Below are positions 1 through 7,700 of a stretch of 64,000 nt of DNA, in pieces; positions within the stretch are counted from its first letter, which is position 1; each line of letters begins with the position of its first letter. Source of the stretch: Candidatus Latescibacterota bacterium (GTDB taxonomy: Bacteria > Latescibacterota > UBA2968 > UBA8231); the NCBI GenBank assembly GCA_965261395.1, contig OZ253462.1, positions 5,152,001 through 5,216,000 on the forward strand, given 5' to 3'. Under the pieces are notes generated by a model, which was given only the letters and a program-made list of their open reading frames with translations, made no database searches and was not told where the DNA came from. A program made the position numbers and the translations under genes.

Positions 1-72
1 TCCGTCTTTGCAAAAACGTCGCGGGTTTCCTCATTCGTTCGTTATTCGCCGCAGGCGAAATAGGAGCCCATC

Positions 73-411
73 CTACATTAACCGATCAGCCAACGCCTTT
101 AATTGCCCCTCGTCAGCACTCGGCCCGGCCAACGCGATCTCCGCATTCCCCTCGCCTTTTATTACAACCGCAACCTGCTTCGACCGCACGCCCTCAACTA
201 CGATCTCCCGCGCCGCCGCTCGCGCCTTTGCCCCGACGCCGCTGCCGAGAAAAACCTTCGCCGAAACCTCGCCCATCGAATCCTTGCGCGCCCCCTTTTC
301 AAAATACTTTCGCTTCTTTCGCTCGGCGCTCCGCTTGACCACCACGTCCGCCACCCCTTCCAACACCATCAGCAAATCATCCGTATCCCGACCCGACAAA
401 TAGAGTATCAT
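73..411 (-). CDS. Hypothetical protein (~112 aa)
   Basis: ATG at 411 overlaps the TGA of the GNAT gene (TGATG coupling); open to 73; no family recognised. Confidence 0.55.
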   Translation of the reverse strand: MILYLSGRDTDDLLMVLEGVADVVVKRSAERKKRKYFEKGARKDSMGEVSAKVFLGSGVGAKARAAAREIVVEGVRSKQVAVVIKGEGNAEIALAGPSADEGQLKALADRLM

Positions 412-1445
412 CAGTGCGCCACCGATCCGTCGACGTGAAAACTCCCCTTGTTTTCCCACACCTCAACATCCACCCAACCCGTCTGCGCCCGGTCGGCGGC
501 GACCCGCTGGTTTAAAGTGGCGCTGCAACGGAAGCCCGCCGCAGTCAGGGCGGTGGCTTGGGGATGCAAGCCAGCGTCGCAATAAGCCAAGCAGGTGTGG
601 CTCGCTGGTATCTCTAGGGTCTGAAGCAAGGCGGCTCCCTCCTCCCAAAAAGCCGGGTGGCAATACAGGTCAACCAAGCAGGCATCGGGCCACAAAGGAT
701 GCTCGGACCACATTGCCCATCCCACCACGGCGCGAGTCTCTTGTTGCACCAGAGCCAACGCGCGGGGCGGAAGGCCGCTTGCGCCGCGCTCCAAGCCGTC
801 CTGCAACAACGGCAGTAAAGGCCCTTCGGTCGAGCGGCGGCCCCACACACCCAAGCCAGCGCCGCGCACGACGCCGGGAAAAGCACCCAAAAAGAGGGGA
901 ATCGAAACGGGCCAGTGGAGCCAACCGACCGGCTCTATAGCCGTGGAACCTGGGGCGAAATACGCTCTATCGAATTCGTCTTGCGAGGCGCTGTAATACT
1001 CCATATAACCGCTTTCTAACTCGACCCCAGCAAAGCCGTTGACCTGATAAATGTGATAGGGCGGCGTATCGTAGCCCGTGCCCAAAAAGAGGGCTTGGCC
1101 GCCGCGCTGCCTAAAGTGGTCCATAAGGCAGGCCATTAGCTGCATGGCAGCGCCTTGGCGGCGGTCTTCGGGGCGGGTGTACACGTGGCCGAGCAGCCCC
1201 ACGCCGCGGTATTCGATGGTCATTATATTGGCAAAGGGATCGCCATCACGATGCAGCAGGTAAAAGAAGACGTCGAGGCCGGTCTGAGTGCGCAGCACCT
1301 GTTCGTTGCCCCAGCGCCAAGACGGGCCTTTGTGGCCCAAGAGGGTTTCGACGCGCTCGGCCCAGTCGAGATTAGGGCCTTGCACGACGCCGGCTTGTAT
1401 AGCTTCACCGGATTTGAGCGTGATGCGGTCTAATTGTTGGTACAT
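411..1445 (-). CDS. GNAT-family N-acetyltransferase (probably two GNAT-like domains)
   Basis: 344-aa ORF with acetyl-CoA-binding motif A (LGHVYTRPEDRRQGAA) and a motif-B-like segment (YHIYQVNGF); second degenerate half (DLYCHPAF...LTAAGF). Confidence 0.75.
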   Translation of the reverse strand: MYQQLDRITLKSGEAIQAGVVQGPNLDWAERVETLLGHKGPSWRWGNEQVLRTQTGLDVFFYLLHRDGDPFANIMTIEYRGVGLLGHVYTRPEDRRQGAAMQLMACLMDHFRQRGGQALFLGTGYDTPPYHIYQVNGFAGVELESGYMEYYSASQDEFDRAYFAPGSTAIEPVGWLHWPVSIPLFLGAFPGVVRGAGLGVWGRRSTEGPLLPLLQDGLERGASGLPPRALALVQQETRAVVGWAMWSEHPLWPDACLVDLYCHPAFWEEGAALLQTLEIPASHTCLAYCDAGLHPQATALTAAGFRCSATLNQRVAADRAQTGWVDVEVWENKGSFHVDGSVAH

Positions 1446-1475
1446 AGTTCGCCTTTGCGTAACGACGCTTGCGGC

Positions 1476-1500
1476 CTGATTTATTCCTTGAATAAATCAG
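1476..1500. terminator. Perfect 11-bp inverted repeat at the vapC stop (putative terminator or stabilising hairpin)
   Basis: CTGATTTATTC-CTT-GAATAAATCAG; AT-rich stem, no clear U-tract. Confidence 0.35.
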
Positions 1501-1943
1501 CTCCCCGTTTGTTCGTCCGATTCTCCGTTCTCCCCTTGCAGCACGGACGCCTCTGGTGAGAGCAGCAGCAATCCCGCCACGGATGCGAAGTGGCGATCCA
1601 TCGAGACCAGTCGCAAACCGTGCTCCATAGCCAGCGCCGCAATCCAGATGTCGTTCGTCGGGATCGGGGTTCCAGATCTCCTCAAGCCGTCGAGGATCTC
1701 GGCATAGAACTCGGCTGTATCCTCGCTGACGCCGCATATAGACACGCGCCGTGTATCGAGGAACTCGGCCAGTTCCTCGCGGTTTTTGCGTTCCTGTGTC
1801 CCGCCCTTGAAACCTGATAGCAGCTCCCCGATGCTGATCGAACTCAGCACGATTCGCGAGGCTCGCCGGAGCAGGGAGACGACCGCCGGATCTGCGCGCA
1901 TCGCGTGCGAGTAGATGTTGGTATCGATCAGAAATTCGTTCAC
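1497..1943 (-). CDS. vapC: PIN-domain toxin, VapC family
   Basis: IDTN N-terminal motif, ISIGELL, PIPTNDIWIAA, LVSMDRHF acidic PIN residues; GTG start overlaps the antitoxin stop (GTGA). Confidence 0.9.
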   Translation of the reverse strand: MNEFLIDTNIYSHAMRADPAVVSLLRRASRIVLSSISIGELLSGFKGGTQERKNREELAEFLDTRRVSICGVSEDTAEFYAEILDGLRRSGTPIPTNDIWIAALAMEHGLRLVSMDRHFASVAGLLLLSPEASVLQGENGESDEQTGS

Positions 1944-2212
1944 TGCCACAATTCCGAATCAATGCGCCGCTCGGAATCGATCTTCTGCTGAATCTGGGTG
2001 AACTCATCCTCGTCCCAGCGTCCGAACAGGTGATCCAAGTCGTGATGGACCTCGGTGAACCGACGGGATTTGTCCAATCCAAACTGCTTGCGGAGGGCGT
2101 CCAGCGCCGTCTGGTTCACGCTCTTTCCTTCCCGCTCGGCCACCTCCCTCAACTTGGCGGCAAGCTGGGGATCTAGTCCACGTAGGGTCATGCTTTTCAG
2201 AACATCGGCCAA
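1940..2212 (-). CDS. Ribbon-helix-helix antitoxin (VapB/FitA-like)
   Basis: SMTLRGLDPQLAAKLREVAEREGKSVNQ RHH pattern, directly upstream of vapC; AAGGAGG RBS ahead of TTG at 2212. Confidence 0.8.
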   Translation of the reverse strand: MADVLKSMTLRGLDPQLAAKLREVAEREGKSVNQTALDALRKQFGLDKSRRFTEVHHDLDHLFGRWDEDEFTQIQQKIDSERRIDSELWQ

Positions 2213-2251
2213 GGCGTACCTCCTTGAAATGCAACGAATATGTGATGGCGA

Positions 2252-2289
2252 TATGATTTCATTATATGAGATCATACTTTACTAATCAA
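2252..2289 (-). promoter_or_regulatory. Sigma70-type promoter of the TA operon with overlapping operator palindrome
   Basis: Minus strand TTGATT (2289-2284), 17-bp spacer, TATAAT (2266-2261); inverted repeat TATGATTTCA/TGAGATCATA (2252-2261, 2267-2276) straddles the -10. Confidence 0.7.
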
Positions 2290-2374
2290 GGGATAGACCG
2301 ACAGTCTCAGCTTCCCGAGTAGATATCGGGCCTAATGAGCGTTCCTTCTTTCGCGACCGATTGAGATCGGCTCG

Positions 2375-3334
2375 CTAGCCTCCGACCCGCCCGCCATACA
2401 GATCCCGCACCCGACTCACCACCACGGCCAACAAGATGATCGACCCCAAAAACGCCTGCTCGTAATAGATGTTGGCCTCCAGCATCACCAAGCCGTTCTT
2501 GATGAGGACGATGATGACCGCCCCCAGTAAAAGGCCCAGCGCCGAGATGCGCCCGCCAGCCAACCCAGTCCCGCCGACAATAGCCACCGCAAAGCTGGTG
2601 ATCAGCCAGTCCTTACCCGTCGCCGGTTGCGCCGAGCCCATCCGCGAGACCCACAACACCGCGGCTAGCGCACCCACTCCGCCCGACAGCACGTGCGACA
2701 ACAAAATCATCCGATCGGTATTGATCCCCGCCAGCCGCGCCGCCTCCTGATTCCCCCCGGTCGCCAACAACCGCCGCCCAAAGACCGTATGCCGGAATGC
2801 GTAGTGCGTCGCCAGCAGCACCAGCCCCATCGCCCAGAACAAATTCGACAGTCCCAAAAACTTCTGCCGTCCCAAGAAAGTGAACTCCCGGGGAATGTCC
2901 GTGTAGGCGTAGCCTTCGGAAAACCCATGCACCAGCCCTGTAAAGACAAAAAGCGTCGCCAGCGTGGCGATAAAGGAATTGATCTGCAACCGCGTGATGA
3001 TGATCCCATTGACCCACCCAGCCACGCCGCCGATCCCCAGCGCCACCAGCGCCGCCAACCACCCCGGCAACCCCAACACCTGGATGCAGTACCCAGTGGT
3101 GATGGTCGCCAAGCCGCCGACGGCCCCCACGGATAGATTCATCCCCCCGGCGACCAGCACCACCGCCTGAGCCAGCGCCACCAACACCGAAAAAGCGACG
3201 ATCCGGGAGACGTTGAAGAGGTTGTACGCCGACAGAAAGCTCTCCGAGCTAAGCGCACATCCCACAAACAGCAACCCCGCCGACAAGGCAATTCCGGCAT
3301 CGTTGTGCCGCATGAGTTTGCGTAGATATTCCAT
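2375..3334 (-). CDS. Sugar ABC transporter permease (RbsC-like)
   Basis: Hydrophobic ~319 aa; GGMNLSVG, FIATLAT, EAA loop (GGNQEAARLAGINT), AVAIVGGT. True start is MEYLRK at 3334, just after the displaced ATPase stop. Confidence 0.9.
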   Translation of the reverse strand: MEYLRKLMRHNDAGIALSAGLLFVGCALSSESFLSAYNLFNVSRIVAFSVLVALAQAVVLVAGGMNLSVGAVGGLATITTGYCIQVLGLPGWLAALVALGIGGVAGWVNGIIITRLQINSFIATLATLFVFTGLVHGFSEGYAYTDIPREFTFLGRQKFLGLSNLFWAMGLVLLATHYAFRHTVFGRRLLATGGNQEAARLAGINTDRMILLSHVLSGGVGALAAVLWVSRMGSAQPATGKDWLITSFAVAIVGGTGLAGGRISALGLLLGAVIIVLIKNGLVMLEANIYYEQAFLGSIILLAVVVSRVRDLYGGRVGG

Positions 3335-3336
3335 AG

Positions 3337-3415
3337 TCAGTTTAGATGGTGGCCGATGGAGCGGCTTATCTCGTCGTAGCTCAATCCCCGCTCGTGGATC
3401 TCGGCGACTTCGTGG
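3337..3415 (-). repeat. Direct repeat copy 1: displaced 3' end of the ABC ATPase gene (79 bp)
   Basis: 76/79 identical to 10198-10276; encodes HEVAEIHERGLSYDEISRSIGHHLN-stop and abuts the permease start. Confidence 0.95.
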
Positions 3416-3466
3416 GATAAGAGGAAAATTCGGCCTCAATTATCGAAGGAAGTAGGGCGAACAAGG

Positions 3467-4768
3467 CTACCCAATCACAAAGCTGTCATCAGCATACCGT
3501 GATAGCTGCTCTACTTCGTCGCAAAACTTTTCGTAGTCTCTCAGGGCTATAGGCCGGTAGTGAGCTAGTTCAGTACGGATCCGCCACGAACAATTCACTA
3601 AGCGTTGCCATCTTCGCTCTGTACTCAACTCTCGGCGCTGCAGTAAAGATTTCAGATGCCCCCACTGACAGGCAAAAGGCGTATTGATTACTTCCTGAAG
3701 CTCTCTATCTGTTTCCGGTTTTTGCCACCTATGAGGCCAATCCTGTCCATAAGACCGGTTTAGGTGGTCACACAAAGCCAACCGTGTTTCGTCAATTTGG
3801 GGTAGGAGAAATCCAGCCTGACCTCGCCACAAGCGGTGGTCTAAGGCTTCTTGTCGATTCAACAGAGCCAAGACCGCGCTGTGGCATTCCAAACCGTATT
3901 CCGGAGTCCAATGCACCATCCCCTGGGCCCAGGCCTGGTACAAAGTAGCTGACAACGGCCAGCTCTCCAGCCAAGATGTCGCGTCCTGGGGAAGGTTATG
4001 CACTGGCCAAGCCTCCAACTCGGCCTGATTCCAGCCGCGGTCCTGAGCAAAGGCCCGCAGCACGCACGCCAATTCGGCTCCAGTATGATGCACCTTAGCC
4101 CACAGATAATCGCCCAAGTCCAAGTCAGAACCCGCAATGGCCGGAATCGTATGCTCTTTCCAGCGGCTCAAGGGAGCAGCATCCTGCTCGGAGGCCAATT
4201 GACACAACAGCCGCATTTCCAAGGTCGTGGGGATGCCCCGCCAGACCTGGATAGACAGAAACACATCAGTTAGGGGAGGTGGATGAGGGACCTTCGATGC
4301 TTGGGCCAGCAGACACAGCGCCGGGGGGATCTCGGGGCCATCTTCGTCAGTGGAGTGCCTGCTATGGCATACCTGAGCCCACTGCACCATAAATTGCAGC
4401 CATTGAACTCGGGCTTCTTCAGCCAGTCTATCAAAACCATCGAGAAACAGAACTTCAGGCAAGCCTGCTTGTTTTAAGAGATTCCCCACCGTGCGTGGTG
4501 TAGTGGAAGCACCCCAATCCACTCCCAGAGCTTGGCCTAAAGCCGCCGCTGGAGTTTCGGCGTCTAACTGGGATATGAAGATCTCGTGGATATGCAAGTG
4601 CAAGTGTCCGAGACCATCCCACAAAGCCGACCGTAGCAGGCTTGGATCAACTCCTTCGGGCAGCAAGCCCAACACACTGTGGCCGCGCCGCAATTCCTCC
4701 AGTAGCCGGTTCAGTAGCTGCTGGGCAGTGGGCATCTGCATGAGGGAGGTAGCCAGTCCCAAGCTCAT
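3467..4768 (-). CDS. Hypothetical 433-aa protein: degenerate P-loop/STAND-like N-terminus and putative C-terminal HEPN-like domain
   Basis: Coupled (ATGA) to the large ATPase; Walker-B-like VLFLDGFD with no Walker A lysine; helical C-terminus with R-T-E-L-A-H (3560-3577). ORF is solid, function is inference. Confidence 0.7.
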   Translation of the reverse strand: MSLGLATSLMQMPTAQQLLNRLLEELRRGHSVLGLLPEGVDPSLLRSALWDGLGHLHLHIHEIFISQLDAETPAAALGQALGVDWGASTTPRTVGNLLKQAGLPEVLFLDGFDRLAEEARVQWLQFMVQWAQVCHSRHSTDEDGPEIPPALCLLAQASKVPHPPPLTDVFLSIQVWRGIPTTLEMRLLCQLASEQDAAPLSRWKEHTIPAIAGSDLDLGDYLWAKVHHTGAELACVLRAFAQDRGWNQAELEAWPVHNLPQDATSWLESWPLSATLYQAWAQGMVHWTPEYGLECHSAVLALLNRQEALDHRLWRGQAGFLLPQIDETRLALCDHLNRSYGQDWPHRWQKPETDRELQEVINTPFACQWGHLKSLLQRRELSTERRWQRLVNCSWRIRTELAHYRPIALRDYEKFCDEVEQLSRYADDSFVIG

Positions 4769-7700
4769 AGAAGGCCAGCGACTCGACCCAAGACGGGCTC
4801 GGCGCTATACTCCCCGTCCCTATTTCCAATACACCCCAGTCGGCGCAAAAATTCCACAGCCGCCTTGCAGCCCTCTGGAGTGAGAGGCGGATCCCCTTCA
4901 ATCAAATCCCCCAAAGTCTCTAAATCCGCATCTGAGACTTTGTCGCACTCAACTAGCGTCTTTAATACTCGGAAAGGCTCCGCCTGAGCATCCAGCCCGA
5001 CCTGCTGTAACAACTTATAACCTAACTCCGACCTTGGCTGGTCCATCTCCTCGACCAGCATTTCTGCATAAGATCGAGGATCATCATCGACGGCGCACCG
5101 GCGTAAAAGGTCGTCCAGCAAGAAAGGCCATCCCCCAGTAGCTTTCAGCACCTTCTGGCAGACCTCGGACGAATCCAGCTTACCGGCTTGGTTCAACCGC
5201 TGCTGAATTCCCACTTCGTCCCAGCGACGCAGATAAATTGGGTCAGCCCGGTTTTCCAGATCGGTCCGCCGGTCCGCAGGCAACTTCAGCCAAGCCCAAA
5301 CAGCCTCTGGATTGAGAAAGAAAACCACCTGCAGGGGCCGTCTTCGCCTTTGGTTAAAGTCTTTGCACTTCTCCAATACTTTCCAGACGCATTGGGCCAT
5401 ATCGCCCCCTGTGCCCCTGAGCCGGCCATAGGCCAATACCTGCTCGATCCCTTGTTGCTTTTGGGCGTGGGAATCCAACCACGCACAGGTCCGATTGGCT
5501 TGGGTCAATTCTTGGGCAGGGATCTCACTTCCCCGCTTTAAGGCTTGGTCTAGCAACTCCAGCCCCAATGCTTGGGAGCCAAAGATTAAACTCACGCCGG
5601 ACGACCGAGTTTGTTGCAAACGGCCTTCCTGCACTAGCGTTAAGGGGCTGTACAGACGGTTCTCGGCATCTAGCAACAAATGCTGACTGTCGGATTGGGA
5701 TTGGGTCGGCTGAGATTTATCAGACAGCTCTAGCAAACGGTTCTCTATATCCTTCTCGGTACCCATGAGACGGACCAGATTGGGACTGCGCAACAGGTAC
5801 CGGTTTTCTAAATTGCGTACCAATATGCCCAGACCAACCATTTCTCCCAGCAACCCTCTCAAACTTTCGGTATCGACTTCTTTGAAGCCTTGAGACCACC
5901 ACTCTTGCGCTAGTTTGAGGAGTTCGGCCACGCTAAATGGGCGGACATAGCTATCGCGCGTCTCTTTTTGCTCACAGATCATGGCCCAAGCGATGCACTG
6001 ATACCGGGGGTCCAGTGCCAAGGTCCAGTCGAGCCGTTCCCGAATGACCTGCCGAGCTGATGGGGAGCGATATACCGCCTCCACATCATCCGATCTCACT
6101 TCATAGGGCGGTCCCGACGAGGGCCTTTTGGCTTGGAGCCGACGCACGAGTTCATGGCAGAAGTACTGTATCAAACCCGGATGGTAATTGGTGTAGGACA
6201 GGACTTTGAGCACCGTGGTCTCATCGACGAACCGATAGCCCAATGCCCTTAGGGGATCCCGCACCAACTGCCGGGCCGGCCTAGCTTCGAGGGGCCCCAC
6301 CAGTAGGTTCTGGCCGAAATGGGCCAGAGGCTGGTTCGCGATATTGTTAAAACGCTGAACGTCGTGCAGACCAGTAAAGACCACCTTGAAGCGCGATTGA
6401 GTATCCTGCATCAAGGTTCGCAAGCCGTTGACCACTTGGAAACCTTCCCGAGCATCGGCGTTGAGAAAGTGGTCGGCTTCGTCAAACATTACTAGAACTT
6501 TCCGTTGGGGAGACTCAGTGATCGCGTTCTTGATGTGTTTGATGATATTGTCAGGTTGAGTCGCCTTTATACTGTCTTTTATCAGCGAGAGTTTCTTAAA
6601 ACCATCGCGCAACTTGATCCACAACTGAACGGGCTGTTCGCCTGTAAGGGGATCTCCCACTAGCTTGATGTCCTCAACCCAAGCGAATTGCTCGCTGTCG
6701 GGCTGGTGAAATTCGCGCTCCACTTGGCGCAACAGTGCGGATTTTCCCAACTGTCGCCCGCCGAATACGATGCAGCTACCCTCGTTTTGTAGTTGACGGA
6801 CCATCGCGTCGCGGCCGTAGTATATTTCAGGCGGTACATTTCCCGCTTGGAACGGCGTATAGGGATTGAGGGCAGAATAGGGCAAGCTACAACGCAGGAA
6901 AGCTGGAAGGCGGGTGTCGTCAGACTTGGCCAAAAATACCAGCAGGATTTCGTCTAGTACCACTATAGCCAATTCCCGTTCTCTGGCCTGGGCGGCTATG
7001 TCGCGTCGCCGCCGGTCGGTCAATCGCCCAAGAAAAAAAATAATAACCGTCTTAGTATCTAGTCCTAAGTCGTGCAAAAACGCTCCGATGGAGGCAGCTC
7101 CAGGTTGTTCCCATAAACACACCACATTGTAGCAGCCGCTGGCTTGCGAGCCCAACTGCGGGATGGGCCGAGCCAAGTCGCTGGCCGAGGCATCCACCTG
7201 ACAGTAGAGCCCATCTTGGCCGGACCTCTTGAGGCGCACGACTGATTCTCCCTCCGGCAGATGAAAACCGAGGTAAGCCAGCAGGACTGGGATATGCCGA
7301 TGGGCTGCCTTTGACTGGCCCTGTTGGCGTTTGAGTTGGTGCCAAGCTTTAAGTGCCTTGGCTGCCTCGTCCCGGCGTGCTTGGGGCAATGTGCCAAACG
7401 GCACACCTTCCCACGTTTGGCCTTGCTCAATCATACCGGCCAATTGATTGACATTCCCCAAGCTGCTAAGCCCCGATTCGATGCTAGGAAAAGCCTCTTG
7501 GAACTCCTTAAAGATGTCTCGCTCGTCAGGTGGGACAAACCACTCGCTCTCGCCTCGGAGGATTTCCCGCAAACGGACCAAGCCTTCTTCCACTACCATA
7601 GTATCGCGCTGATCGAAAGCTCTTTGAATAAAGGCTTCCACGGCGTCAAGTTGATCCGCTTGGGACGATTGCGCTAGATCTTGCCGCATATCCGTCCATT

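Noticed and set aside
1-34. Possible start of a minus-strand gene (MRKPATFLQRR) at the window edge
   Set aside because: Too short to support, and no clear RBS.
3335-3439. 35-aa N-terminal extension of the permease in the ORF track
   Set aside because: It is an off-frame reading of the duplicated ATPase tail and islet end; the real start is ATG 3334.
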